Positions 18,298 through 28,184 of a stretch of DNA of 55,219 nucleotides are shown piece by piece; positions within the stretch are counted from its first letter, which is position 1; each line of letters starts with the position of its first letter. Origin of the DNA: Acidilobus sp. (GTDB lineage: Archaea > Thermoproteota > Thermoprotei_A > Sulfolobales > Acidilobaceae); contig JBMFIT010000002.1 in NCBI GenBank assembly GCA_049974445.1, positions 1 through 55,219 on the forward strand. The letters run 5' to 3'. The notes below the pieces were generated by a model. The model worked only from the letters and a program-made list of their open reading frames with translations, searched no databases and was not told where the DNA came from. The position numbers and the translations under genes were made by a program.

Positions 18298-19335
18298 ATG
18301 TCGCCAGAGCGGAGACCAAGGGTGCTGATAGTAGGGGACTGGGATGCCGATGGCGTCATAGCCGCCGCTGAGATCAATTACTCGCAAGAGACCCTTGGCG
18401 TCTTCCCGGTGAGGGGTAAGGCCGAGGTCGAGCTGAGGCCCGCCGGCCCACGGTCCTTTCAGGCAGCCGTGTCAGGGGGGTGTTGGGACTACCTTATAAT
18501 CCTTGACATACCGTTCACACAGGACGTAGAGAGCGGGCTTGACGCCCTCTTCAACGGCGGATGTAAGCCTAAAGTCTATTACTTTGACCATCACAGGACG
18601 ACCCTTGAAAAGGCCAGCTACATCGAGGAGAAATATAACGCGGTTGCTTTCGTAGGCGTGTCACCGACTTCGATACTGGTTAAGTCCTTCCTTGAGAGCC
18701 AGGGCGTCAAGCTAACGCCTAGGCTTAAAGACCTTGTCGCCAGCCTAGCGGTGTTAGAGAGCGGGGGGTGGCTTAGCAGGCAGGCTAAGGGGGTCTCGGA
18801 AGGCGTCATCAAGGTTGCTGCCTCGATTTCTAAGACAGTCAACCAGACCAAGGACCTTGAGCTTTGGAGGAAGTACGTGAAGTGGGCCTCTAGCGTTCTT
18901 CCGTTCGAGCCGTCGCCCCTCCCTAAGGATGAGGATATAGTTGCTAAGGGCCTCCAGACCTCAATGGAGACTGACCAGGAGGTGAAGGAGGCTGCGAGGA
19001 CGTTGGCCATGGAGGCTAGGACTATTGGCTTCGTCAAGTTCGTTGATGCCCGAGGGAGGTGGAGCAAGAGTGGGGCCTCGGCGCTCGCATCAGCGATCTA
19101 CAGAATAACTAAGATGACGACCGCTCTCCTCGTCTCCAAGGGGGATAGCACAAACATCCTGATAGTCAGGGGGTCACATGGTGACGCCATGAAGCTCGTT
19201 GAGGAGCTATACAGGCTCGGCGTTATTGAGGACGTTGGCGGTCACGAGAACATAGCCCTAGGGAGGCTGAAGCCTGGCATAGGCTTGAAGGAACTCGAGG
19301 ACGCCCTTAGAAGGGCCTCATTGAGCCTCAGGTAA
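18298..19335 (+). CDS. DHH family phosphoesterase
   Basis: DWDADG, LDIP, FDHH, GGH. Confidence 0.82.
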   Translation: MSPERRPRVLIVGDWDADGVIAAAEINYSQETLGVFPVRGKAEVELRPAGPRSFQAAVSGGCWDYLIILDIPFTQDVESGLDALFNGGCKPKVYYFDHHRTTLEKASYIEEKYNAVAFVGVSPTSILVKSFLESQGVKLTPRLKDLVASLAVLESGGWLSRQAKGVSEGVIKVAASISKTVNQTKDLELWRKYVKWASSVLPFEPSPLPKDEDIVAKGLQTSMETDQEVKEAARTLAMEARTIGFVKFVDARGRWSKSGASALASAIYRITKMTTALLVSKGDSTNILIVRGSHGDAMKLVEELYRLGVIEDVGGHENIALGRLKPGIGLKELEDALRRASLSLR

Positions 19336-19399
19336 CTTTTTCGTTAGGAAGAAATTTAACCTGTGACCAAGACGCCTACAGAGGCTAATGGTGTGTGCC

Positions 19400-19759
19400 A
19401 TGTCCCAGAGGCCGAAGTTCTGTCCAAAGTGCGGGACGCTGATGAGGCCAAGGGTCATTAACGGAAAGGTCTACCTTGAGTGCCCTAACTGCGGCTACAG
19501 GGAGGAGGCACAGGGACAGAACAGGACTGGCCTGACCATGGCCCAGAAAGTGCTTCACACGCCCAAGGAGAAGATAGTTGTAGTCGACACCACTTCTCCA
19601 CCCCCTACAGCACAGGTACTAAGGGGAAGCGTAAGATGCCCTAGGTGTGGAAACGATGAGGTCCTGGCGTGGATGATGCAGACAAGGGCGGCTGACGAGC
19701 CGCCAACCAGGTTCTACAGATGCACCAAGTGTGGCTACACGTGGAGAGAGTACGCCTAA
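19400..19759 (+). CDS. tfs: Transcription factor S (TFS)
   Basis: Two Zn ribbons (FCPKCG...CPNCG; CPRCG...CTKCG) and QTRAADEPPT with an intact acidic hairpin. Confidence 0.96.
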   Translation: MSQRPKFCPKCGTLMRPRVINGKVYLECPNCGYREEAQGQNRTGLTMAQKVLHTPKEKIVVVDTTSPPPTAQVLRGSVRCPRCGNDEVLAWMMQTRAADEPPTRFYRCTKCGYTWREYA

Positions 19760-19813
19760 CCCACTAGCTCCCTATTTAAGTGAAAACCGATTAAGCGGAG
19801 AAGGGGGGGAGTT

Positions 19814-20983
19814 TTGAGCGAGCCCATATTAGGGGATGTCATGAAAGGACAGGTCCTCTCAGTCCCCGCAGGGGAATACGCAAAGGCAGCCGTAACGGCT
19901 GACTGGACCCTGCTGACGCTCTACATAGCCATCCTTGCCATAGCGGTAATAACATACAGATCCCGTAGGTCCCCGACCAGGACATCAAATGTAGCGCTCG
20001 TGATACCTTCAGTTGCCAACGAGGACGTGAGAGACAGCCTATACGATACCTTGACCCATAACAGGTTCCTTGGAATCCCTATGTACGTGGTGGTCGATGA
20101 GGGGGCTCCCCTTAAAGATGAGTTAGAGAAAATTAGGTGGATAAACCTTGTTGTAGTTCCAAAGTCTTTTCGTCCTGACCTCGTCGGCAAGGGAAGGGCC
20201 CTCCGATACTTTGTTGAGAACTACGTTATAAAGAGGCCGGACATGTGGTACGTCTTTATCGATGATGACAACCTCGTTCTTGATGATAGGTTCCTTTATG
20301 AGATACCCTATTACGAGAGAAGAGGCTACGTCGCGTTTAACCCGGTCCTCGCACCGAGGAAGGGGAGGTCGTACATAGCGTATATCCTCGATCACGCGAG
20401 AGTCCTGGATGATATTTCATTCTTCAGGCTCTTCACAGGGGTGGTTGGGAGGCCCCTCGTAGGCCTCCACGGGGAGCTTCTCGGCGTAAAGGGGGATTTC
20501 CTGGTAAAGGTTGACGCCTTTAATGAGGCGAGCAAGGTGGAGGACTACGTGCTGGCCTCGAAGATCATTAGGCTTGGTGGAATGACTTGGCAGAGCAGGA
20601 CAAGGGTTAGCATACTCAGCCCCAACTCTATAAGAGACCTGGTCAAACAGAGGAGCAGATGGCATTCCGGAATCCTTGAAAGCCTCCCAAAGGTTCCTTT
20701 CAGTATGAGAGCTGCCACCCTGTTTAAGTCATTCGCAAGGACGATAGGGCTCATAGCCCTATGGGCCTTATTCCCATTCATGAACTCGGTGCTTTTCCTC
20801 ATTGTTGGACTGATGACAGGCCTTGTGTACTGGGGAGTTTACGCGTACGGTGCCAGCAGATCTGGTAAGCTCATTTACATATTCACAATACCCGCTTTCT
20901 GGCTAATCGAGGCAGCAGGCTTTCTTTACGGACTCTTCAAGGTAAGGAACAGGGATTTCATCGTGATAGATAAGAGAATTTAA
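19814..20983 (+). CDS. Membrane-bound GT2 glycosyltransferase
   Basis: VVDE, KGRAL, DDD, ED and QRSRW (QxxRW) motifs; N- and C-terminal TM helices. Confidence 0.85.
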   Translation: MSEPILGDVMKGQVLSVPAGEYAKAAVTADWTLLTLYIAILAIAVITYRSRRSPTRTSNVALVIPSVANEDVRDSLYDTLTHNRFLGIPMYVVVDEGAPLKDELEKIRWINLVVVPKSFRPDLVGKGRALRYFVENYVIKRPDMWYVFIDDDNLVLDDRFLYEIPYYERRGYVAFNPVLAPRKGRSYIAYILDHARVLDDISFFRLFTGVVGRPLVGLHGELLGVKGDFLVKVDAFNEASKVEDYVLASKIIRLGGMTWQSRTRVSILSPNSIRDLVKQRSRWHSGILESLPKVPFSMRAATLFKSFARTIGLIALWALFPFMNSVLFLIVGLMTGLVYWGVYAYGASRSGKLIYIFTIPAFWLIEAAGFLYGLFKVRNRDFIVIDKRI

Positions 20984-21336
20984 TGTGACGTTAAGAACCC
21001 TATAGCGTCTTTTATGGCCTTCTGTCTTTCGTCCTCGCTCTGGGCGCCGCAGGCCTCAACGACCTTTGCCAGGACCCTGTAGATCCTAATTATCTCGTCT
21101 GAGTGGGCCTTAACTGTCGACTCAATGCTCTTGTAGTTAGCATTTAGGGAATCTACGAGAAGCTCCAAGACGGAGACCACGTCCTCTATCTCCTCATGAA
21201 CGTGTTCGTGCTCATGGTAGTGTTCGTGATGGTGTTCGTGCCCTCTTTCCTCGACCTCTTCTACTATCTTCTCTAGGTCCTCCTTCTTCTTAGGTAGCTC
21301 CATCCTCTTCCTCTCATGTTGAGGCGCGCTGCTCAT
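20980..21336 (-). CDS. Hypothetical His-rich coiled-coil protein
   Basis: HEHHHEHYHEHEHVHEE tract; SD GAGGAGG upstream. Confidence 0.75.
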   Translation of the reverse strand: MSSAPQHERKRMELPKKKEDLEKIVEEVEERGHEHHHEHYHEHEHVHEEIEDVVSVLELLVDSLNANYKSIESTVKAHSDEIIRIYRVLAKVVEACGAQSEDERQKAIKDAIGFLTSH

Positions 21337-21471
21337 TATTCCTCCTCAAGGCGTAGGAGGCCCGAAATTTATCTGTCTTACCCTAAAGGCGAGAAGTCAC
21401 ATCAACCGACCGAAGGGGGTCCACTATTAAATTTAGCCTGCGAGGATTTGAACTAAAGGGAGATACGAAGG

Positions 21472-22344
21472 ATGAGCCGTGGCCCCCTGAGGAGGGAGCA
21501 GAGGGAACCGGCTGATGTGGTAGCTGTTGAAAGAGAAGCCATCGCGCTCGACCTAATAGAGGGCGGCTACTACCTTGATCCTCATAGGTGGCATAGGAGC
21601 AGAACAGTCGTACAGGCCATCGGCACCTATAGGTTCACCCTCCTCGATGGGGTGCCTCTGGCAAGGGTAGAGCCCCTCGAGAGAGTCGCTGTGGTGAAGG
21701 AGACCCTAATGCCTCTAGAGGAGCCGCTTGACCCCACAGGCAAGAGGACCAGGAGGATTGATATATCACTCGTGTGCCTTGAAGAGGCAGATATGAGGGT
21801 CTGCTCCCCCATGACCAGGGTCGAACAGAGAATCATGGATCTGCTTAGGATAGCACTTGGGGATCAGATAGAGTTGCTTCAAACCCCTAGTGACCTAAGT
21901 AAGGTCGCTCAGTCGCTTGGCCTCCCGCCGAAGCTGTTAGCAGCGCCAAGGACTCCGATCAGGTACGGAGACCTAACCGAGATAGCGAAAAGGAACCTCA
22001 GGGATGCAGTAAAGGCCATAATAACGTCCCATGAGAAGGACTTCGCGAATTTCTTCAATAAGGCCGCACCGATCAACATCAGGCTCCACTCCATTGAGCT
22101 CCTGAGGGGGGTCGGAAAGAAAACGCTAAAGGCACTACTTGATGCCCGAGAGAGAAAGCCCTTCCAGAGCCTTGACGAGGTCAAGAAGCTCCTAAAGGTT
22201 GACCCAGTCGATGTGCTGGCCGACAAGGTTGTTGAGGAGCTAAGCGGACAGTCCAAGTACAACCTGTTCGTTGAGCCCTCTGATCCCAGTATTCCATTCC
22301 TTGATTACTTGTCATTGATAAGGCCGGCCGGGCGTCAGAGGTGA
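21472..22344 (+). CDS. DUF655 family putative RNA-binding protein
   Basis: QAIGxxxFTLL, FFNKAxPIxxRLHSIELLxGVGKK, ERxPFxS; upstream of ksgA as usual. Confidence 0.88.
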   Translation: MSRGPLRREQREPADVVAVEREAIALDLIEGGYYLDPHRWHRSRTVVQAIGTYRFTLLDGVPLARVEPLERVAVVKETLMPLEEPLDPTGKRTRRIDISLVCLEEADMRVCSPMTRVEQRIMDLLRIALGDQIELLQTPSDLSKVAQSLGLPPKLLAAPRTPIRYGDLTEIAKRNLRDAVKAIITSHEKDFANFFNKAAPINIRLHSIELLRGVGKKTLKALLDARERKPFQSLDEVKKLLKVDPVDVLADKVVEELSGQSKYNLFVEPSDPSIPFLDYLSLIRPAGRQR

Positions 22345-23093
22345 CTCTGAGGGCCCACAGGCGACTTGGACAGCACTTCCTGGTTGACAATAGGGGCGTT
22401 GACCTGTTCCTAGAGCTCCTTGGGGCCTTTGAGGGCCGTGACTTCCTCGAGGTCGGTCCTGGACTAGGAGCACTCACGATAGATGCCTCGAGAATTGCGA
22501 GAAGGCTTGTCGCTGTCGAGATAGATCCGCTCCTAGCCGAGAGGCTCTCAAGGAGGCTCCCCCCAAATGCTTCTGTTGTCGTTGGGGACGGCGTCTCCTT
22601 TGTGCTGGCGACAACCCTAGACGTCGTCTTCTCAAACTCGCCATTTTACCTGACGGGGAGGCTCGTGGCAGCGGCCGCGAGAAATAACAACATCAGAACC
22701 GTTGTGATAGGCTGCCAGAAGGAGGTGGCAGATAGGCTTGTCGCCAAGCCCGGGGACCACGACTACGGAAGGCTGAGCGTTATGGCACAGGCGTTCTTTG
22801 ATGTCTCCCTGAAGGGGCATATCCCCGCCGAATGGTTCAGGCCGAGGCCAAATGTCGACGCAGCCCTTGTCATGATGAAGAGAAGAAGACCTTGGGGGCC
22901 TGATGGCGAGGTGCTTGAGAAGGTTACCAGGTGCCTCTTCACGCAAAGAAATAGGGTTGCCGGCAAAGTTGCCAGATACTGCCTCCCTGGTATACCCATT
23001 AAGGGGTGGGGCGAGAGGAGGGTGAGGGAACTAACACCAGATCAGCTTCTAGAGGTGTCATCATGGCTAGCCGGGGTGGCTGGAGGAAAGTAA
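22341..23093 (+). CDS. rsmA: 16S rRNA m6,2A dimethyltransferase (KsgA/Dim1)
   Basis: LGQHFL, EVGPGLGALT, EID, QKEVA, YGRLSV, FRPRPNVD. Confidence 0.93.
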   Translation: MTLRAHRRLGQHFLVDNRGVDLFLELLGAFEGRDFLEVGPGLGALTIDASRIARRLVAVEIDPLLAERLSRRLPPNASVVVGDGVSFVLATTLDVVFSNSPFYLTGRLVAAAARNNNIRTVVIGCQKEVADRLVAKPGDHDYGRLSVMAQAFFDVSLKGHIPAEWFRPRPNVDAALVMMKRRRPWGPDGEVLEKVTRCLFTQRNRVAGKVARYCLPGIPIKGWGERRVRELTPDQLLEVSSWLAGVAGGK

Positions 23094-23701
23094 TAACGTC
23101 AACTGGTGAAGTTACCTACTTCCAGGACCCCTGCGCATATGAGCCCTCTGATGACACATGGGTCGCTATCGAAGCCCTTGAGAGACTAAAGGGGTTAGGA
23201 CAGCGGTTTGAGAGAATCCTTGACATGGGCTCTGGCACAGGGATTTTGGGGGCGGTGGCGAGGGCGCTATTTAACCCTACCATTATCGCAGCCGTTGACC
23301 TGTCGCCCTTTGCTGCCCAGGCTTCTAGGCTAACCCTCGGGGCCGACGCATGCGTGGTCCAATGCTACGCGGCTAACTGCTTAAGGGGGAGATTTGACCT
23401 CGTAGTCTTGAACCCGCCTTACCTTCCCACGCCTAGGGAGGAAGATGATATCTGCGGTGGATTATCCGCGGCTTGGTCGGAAGAGGCCGGTCACGAGGTC
23501 CTCTGCGCAGCTGCAAGTAGGCTCGGCAGGTACGTCCTTATTGTAATGTCCTCACTGTCACGCCTGAACGTAGACTTCTGCCTAAGTTCGGTTGGGCTCT
23601 CAAAGGTCGCCGAGCTTGCCCGTCGTAGGCTCTTCTTCGAGGAGGTATGGGCCGAAGTCTGGTCAAGTGAGGCGACTTTGAGACCCTTTTTAAGGCCTTA
23701 A
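23063..23701 (+). CDS. HemK/Mtq2-like methyltransferase
   Basis: YEPSDDT, DMGSGTG, NPPY, FFE; start ATG 23063 preferred. Confidence 0.88.
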   Translation: MASRGGWRKVITSTGEVTYFQDPCAYEPSDDTWVAIEALERLKGLGQRFERILDMGSGTGILGAVARALFNPTIIAAVDLSPFAAQASRLTLGADACVVQCYAANCLRGRFDLVVLNPPYLPTPREEDDICGGLSAAWSEEAGHEVLCAAASRLGRYVLIVMSSLSRLNVDFCLSSVGLSKVAELARRRLFFEEVWAEVWSSEATLRPFLRP

Positions 23702-23763
23702 GCTTGGGCTTCGTCAGTTTAGGGTTATTTATCTCCAGGTACAACACCTTTTGGCTTTCAGAT

Positions 23764-24099
23764 ATGTCTACAAACCCCGTGACGGGGCCTGACGATGAAG
23801 GTGACATTATGGAGTTCACGTTAACAGACATCAGGAAGTCAAAAATCATAACCGTGAGCGCAAAGATAGCACAGCCCGAGTACCTTGCCCTTGAAAGGCT
23901 ATCTCAGGCCTGTCGCGCGTCTAAAAGCATGATAATCAGGGAAGCGCTGAGGGTATACGTTATGAGCCTTGTTGAGAGGAGTCCCGCCTTATCAAGCGTC
24001 GTAGGGGGCGAGCTAATTAGTGAGCTCTATGGGGAGGACGGCACGGCCTCCCTGCTTGAAAGGTGCCTGAGCAGGTCAGCCCTCAACGGGAGGCCCTGA
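23764..24099 (+). CDS. Ribbon-helix-helix (CopG-like) DNA-binding protein
   Basis: ITVSAKI...LERLS...SKSMIIREAL; TTATTTAT about 30 nt upstream of ATG 23764. Confidence 0.65.
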   Translation: MSTNPVTGPDDEGDIMEFTLTDIRKSKIITVSAKIAQPEYLALERLSQACRASKSMIIREALRVYVMSLVERSPALSSVVGGELISELYGEDGTASLLERCLSRSALNGRP

Positions 24100-24489
24100 G
24101 CGAGAAGGCCCCAGTGACTTGGCAACCTCACAGATGCTCTGAGAGACCTGGCCTATCACCGATGGGAGCCTTTCACTGACGCACCTCTTAGCGCACGTCC
24201 TCCTCTCACCCACTGTTTGAAGCCCTGAGCATGCCTCGTAAAGGCACCTCCTCTCTATGGCAGACCTGTCTATGTAAAGCACCACGTAGGGGCCCATGTC
24301 CTTAACCAGGAGAACTCCCCTGACGCCCGAGAGGTTCACAATCTTGATAAAAAGGTCGTAGTCGTCCTCCCTTTTATCCAGCACGAAGGCCTCTAGGCCT
24401 GACGAAAGCCCCTGGGCAATCCTTGAAGCCAGCTGAGCAGCCTGCGATGAGATATCGCCTCCACATAGTTGGGCCTCAGACGGGGACAA
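24076..24489 (-). CDS. Hypothetical protein (Cys-rich C-terminal half)
   Basis: 137-aa ORF with host codon usage, filling the gap between neighbours. Confidence 0.65.
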   Translation of the reverse strand: MSPSEAQLCGGDISSQAAQLASRIAQGLSSGLEAFVLDKREDDYDLFIKIVNLSGVRGVLLVKDMGPYVVLYIDRSAIERRCLYEACSGLQTVGERRTCAKRCVSERLPSVIGQVSQSICEVAKSLGPSRSGPPVEG

Positions 24490-24502
24490 GTCTCGTCACT
24501 TC

Positions 24503-24949
24503 TCAGCGGTAATACCTTTCATCACTGGCCCCAGGCCTCTCCACTATGAGGTCGCCCCACTGCCTAATATACAGGTTGAGCACCATAGCCTGTCTCCTGG
24601 CCTCGTCGTCACTCATGCAGCCAGTCCTGAGCATGCGGCCATTCTTCGATTTAGCGACTATGAACTTGTAACCCTTTGGTTTCCCGCAGTCCTGTAGGCT
24701 GAACGATTCCAGGAGGCCATTCATGGCAAGTCCCTCTATCTCTATTAAGCCACGAGGGGGCTCGGGCTTCTCCTTTCGCCGCACCTGCGTTCGCCCCTCA
24801 ACAATACTGTCAACAGCTAATATAGGTGTACCCCGCCTGACCGTTTGTCCTTCATCTTCATCCCCCGTTGGGGTCTCGGACAACGTGAGACGGCGGGGCG
24901 CTTTACTGTTCTCCTGCCTGTAGAGATAAAGCTTTACCGGGAAAGGCAA
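24503..24949 (-). CDS. Hypothetical protein
   Basis: 148-aa ORF, divergent from hxlB. Confidence 0.6.
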   Translation of the reverse strand: MPFPVKLYLYRQENSKAPRRLTLSETPTGDEDEGQTVRRGTPILAVDSIVEGRTQVRRKEKPEPPRGLIEIEGLAMNGLLESFSLQDCGKPKGYKFIVAKSKNGRMLRTGCMSDDEARRQAMVLNLYIRQWGDLIVERPGASDERYYR

Positions 24950-24995
24950 GTAAGATTTAAGATCAGAGGGGGCCTAGGTCGGTGGAGCCCTAGGC

Positions 24996-25607
24996 TTGGG
25001 GACCGAGCACCCTGCGGTCCGAGCTATGCGTGAGATAGCCCATTTCGCCCTGAAGGCAACAGAGGCTATAGATGTCGCCCAGCTCGAGCGCATGACCGAC
25101 GTCCTGGTAGACCTCTATAGGAAAAGAGGAAAGATCCTCGTAATGGGGGCAGGTCGCAGTGGCCTGGTCGGTAAGGCCTTCGCAATGAGGCTCCTCCACC
25201 TCGGCTTCAACTCATACGTCCTAGGCGAGACAATAGTGCCTAGCATAACTAGAGGTGACGTCACCGTCGCAATATCGGGGTCCGGAAGGACAGGTCTCAT
25301 CGTTGAGGCCGCTGACGCGGCCAAGAGAGTTGGAGCCTACGTAATAGCCATAACTACCTACCCTGAGAGCCCGCTTGGCCAGGTTGCTGACCTCGTCGTC
25401 CGGGTACCCGGTAGATCAAAAATTAGCAAAATGGACGACTACTTCGCCAGGCAGATATTAGGCCTCCACGAGCCTCTGGCCCCACTGGGCACCCTGTTTG
25501 AGGACACAGCCATGATCCTACTTGACGGCGTCATATACTACCTTATGATCAGGCTAAACGTGAGCGAGGAGGAGATGAGAAATAGGCACGCGAACATTGA
25601 GTTCTAA
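24996..25607 (+). CDS. hxlB: 6-phospho-3-hexuloisomerase (SIS domain)
   Basis: [32 protein letters not shown]. Confidence 0.95.
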   Translation: MGTEHPAVRAMREIAHFALKATEAIDVAQLERMTDVLVDLYRKRGKILVMGAGRSGLVGKAFAMRLLHLGFNSYVLGETIVPSITRGDVTVAISGSGRTGLIVEAADAAKRVGAYVIAITTYPESPLGQVADLVVRVPGRSKISKMDDYFARQILGLHEPLAPLGTLFEDTAMILLDGVIYYLMIRLNVSEEEMRNRHANIEF

Positions 25608-25621
25608 TGGGCTGATGTCTG

Positions 25622-26365
25622 ATGAGGCTTAGGCTCGTTGTCGTTGGCCCTGAAGGGCCTGTCAACCTCGGCTATATAGCAAGGCTCGCTGAGAACTTTG
25701 ATGTAGATGAGCTGGCAATAGTAACCCCCCAGGCCAGCGTGGCTGAGGCCTACAGGTGGGCCGCAAAGGCATGGCCAAGGCTGGCCACCGCTAAGGTCTA
25801 CCCATCGCTAAGGGAGGCCCTAGCTGGCGTTGAGCTGTCGATCTGCACCTCTGATGAAAGCTCCGCTCATGATGTTCTCAGAACCGCAGTGACGCCTGAG
25901 GAGGCCGCGCTTGAGGGCTCCAGGAGGGGGTCTGTGGCGTTAGTCGTTGGAAGGGAGAGCGTTGGGCTGGCCAGAGAGGAGCTCTCCATGTGCGACCTTC
26001 TCTGCACGATACCAGCGTCACCGAGGTACACCGCCCTGAACCTAAGCAATGCGACCGCGATCATTCTCTACATGCTTTACAGGGAGTCCAGGCTCCAGAG
26101 ACAAATTGGCGAAGCGCCTGACAGGATGGTTACTACGTGGACTGAGGCCTACGCGAGGGCCCTCTGGAAGGCCCTCTCAACAGGTGTAGGCGAGGATGAG
26201 TTAGGAATCGCCGTTAGGAAAATGGCCTCAAGGTCACAGCGAGCTGAGAACTCTCTCCTCCTCAGACTCCTCAGCCGGGCCTGCTCAGCCCTCGGCTGTA
26301 AGGAGGTTGCTGAGGAGGAGGCTAGGAAGCTAGGGGTGAAAGGTCAGGCCGAGACCTCAAAGTAA
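25622..26365 (+). CDS. trmJ: SPOUT tRNA 2'-O-methyltransferase (TrmJ family)
   Basis: P..PxNLG, GRESxGL, IP...YxALNLS. Confidence 0.85.
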   Translation: MRLRLVVVGPEGPVNLGYIARLAENFDVDELAIVTPQASVAEAYRWAAKAWPRLATAKVYPSLREALAGVELSICTSDESSAHDVLRTAVTPEEAALEGSRRGSVALVVGRESVGLAREELSMCDLLCTIPASPRYTALNLSNATAIILYMLYRESRLQRQIGEAPDRMVTTWTEAYARALWKALSTGVGEDELGIAVRKMASRSQRAENSLLLRLLSRACSALGCKEVAEEEARKLGVKGQAETSK

Positions 26366-28152
26366 ACGCCCTTAGCCTTCTGGAGCCTATCCAGGTAAGA
26401 GCCTTCCTTGTTGATCCTGGGCCTGCCTGAATCTTTCTCCTGCCGCATCGTAACCCCTAGCTGTCCAAGCAGGTCGTTCATTGACTCCCTGACCTTCCGA
26501 GGGGTCCTAGCGATGCCATGAGCTCCCGGCTCGCCCGTGAATACCATTGAGCGGTCGCTTATCATTGCGATCATCATTACGTCATGCTCTGCCACGAAGG
26601 CCGCTGCCCCCCTGTTCTCGGTGAGCCTCCTTATGATCTTGGCAACCGCAAGCCTCTCCTCAATGTCAAGGTGAGCCGACGGCTCGTCAAGGAGGTAAAG
26701 GTCCGCCTCCTTGCTCAGCGCAAATGCTATAGCGAGCTTCTGAAGCTCACCTCCGCTGAGGCTCTTCACCTCCCTATCCATTAGCTTGACGAGGCCAAGC
26801 TTTTCGGTGAGCTCAAGGTAAAGCCACGTACCCGGCGTGACAGCCTCAGGGTTAGAGGCCCTTAACATGTCGGAAACGGTTACGCCCTCAGGGAAGAAGT
26901 CGGGACCGATGTACTGGGGTTTATAGCTCACCTTAAGCTCCTTAAAGGTGAACGATGACCCCTCCTCGGCCTTCAGCTCCCCAGCTATGAACCTTATAAA
27001 CGTCGTCTTGCCTATAGCGTTCGGCCCGACTATTGTGACAACCTCACCGTTGTTGATGTAACCTGGCTCGACATCAAGTTGGAAGTCGCCTAGCCCAATC
27101 CTTGCCCGGGTCCACTCGAGATACTTAAACTCAGCCTCCTGCTGCTGGCCCAGCAATGACTTAGAGAACGATATCTGCGTAGACCTGATCCTCACGTTCT
27201 CGCTTGGAAGGTACCCGTCTAGGAACGCGTTAATACCGACCCTGACCCCGTATGGTTGTGAAACTATCCCATAGACCCCAGGTTCGCCATATATAACGTG
27301 GACGTAGTCGCTTAGGTAATCCAGCATAGCAAGGTCATGCTCAACGACGATGAAGTACGTCGAGTGCCTGACGCTCGACCTTATCAGCCTCGCAACCCTA
27401 ACCCTCTCCCTTACGTCTAGGTAGCTGCTCGGCTCGTCGAAAACATAGACGGACGCGTCCTTGCTGAGCGTGGCAACTACGACGAGCTTCTGAAGCTCAC
27501 CTCCGCTGAGGCTCTTCACCTCCCTATCCCAGACTCTGTTAAGTCCTACCTCACGAGCCAGGTCACTGGCTAGACCGCTCTCGTCAGCCTTCTTTAGCAG
27601 CTCCCCAACGGTTCCCTTAAGGTACCTCGGGACGAGGTCTATGTACTGGACCTTATGAGCGACCCTTAGCTTGCCGTTGTAGAGCTTCTGGAAGTAGGTC
27701 TGAAGCTCGCTTCCTCTGAAGTGCCTGAGGACCTCGTCAGGCTCTGCCTGTCTCTCAGGGTTGCCCAAGTTCGGGCTCAGCTCGCCAGAGAGGATCCTTA
27801 TCGATGTAGTTTTGCCCGCGCCGTTTTTGCCGATTACGCCCACAATCCCCCCTTCCTTGGGTATTGGGAGCCTGAATAGCTTGAACCCGTTCACGCCGTA
27901 TCTGTGAACAGCCTCCTCGTTCAGCTCCTCTGGAAGGTTAACGATCGAGATGGCATCAAATGGGCATGCCTTCACACAAATGCCGCACCCTATGCAGGTG
28001 TCCTCGTGGATTACCGGCTTGGTCCTCGCCTCTATGTCAGCCTCTATGGCTATGCCCTTCCTGCTCTTGTTAACAGGGCAGACGGAGATGCATTGGTAGC
28101 TGCATCGCTTGGGTTTGCAGAGCTCATCATCGATAACAGCTACCCTAACCAA
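26344..28152 (-). CDS. ABCE1: Ribosome recycling ATPase ABCE1/Rli1
   Basis: N-terminal Fe-S domain (CKPKRC, CIGCGICVKACP), two NBDs with LSGGELQ, GRPRINK...D..QK. Confidence 0.98.
   Translation of the reverse strand: MVRVAVIDDELCKPKRCSYQCISVCPVNKSRKGIAIEADIEARTKPVIHEDTCIGCGICVKACPFDAISIVNLPEELNEEAVHRYGVNGFKLFRLPIPKEGGIVGVIGKNGAGKTTSIRILSGELSPNLGNPERQAEPDEVLRHFRGSELQTYFQKLYNGKLRVAHKVQYIDLVPRYLKGTVGELLKKADESGLASDLAREVGLNRVWDREVKSLSGGELQKLVVVATLSKDASVYVFDEPSSYLDVRERVRVARLIRSSVRHSTYFIVVEHDLAMLDYLSDYVHVIYGEPGVYGIVSQPYGVRVGINAFLDGYLPSENVRIRSTQISFSKSLLGQQQEAEFKYLEWTRARIGLGDFQLDVEPGYINNGEVVTIVGPNAIGKTTFIRFIAGELKAEEGSSFTFKELKVSYKPQYIGPDFFPEGVTVSDMLRASNPEAVTPGTWLYLELTEKLGLVKLMDREVKSLSGGELQKLAIAFALSKEADLYLLDEPSAHLDIEERLAVAKIIRRLTENRGAAAFVAEHDVMMIAMISDRSMVFTGEPGAHGIARTPRKVRESMNDLLGQLGVTMRQEKDSGRPRINKEGSYLDRLQKAKGVYFEVSA
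26733..26779 (+). repeat. 47-nt exact direct repeat, copy 1 (ABCE1 NBD2 signature)
   Basis: CGAGCTTCTGAAGCTCACCTCCGCTGAGGCTCTTCACCTCCCTATCC, identical to 27483-27529. Confidence 0.92.
27483..27529 (+). repeat. 47-nt exact direct repeat, copy 2 (ABCE1 NBD1 signature)
   Basis: Identical to 26733-26779. Confidence 0.92.
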
Positions 28153-28184
28153 TTCCTTGCCCTGCTGAAAGAAATTACAAGGGC

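Noticed and set aside
21341-21360. CCTCCT/AGGAGG hairpin that could mask the SD of the His-rich gene
   Set aside because: The nearest TATA-like element predicts a TSS inside or after the hairpin; the stem is only 6 bp.
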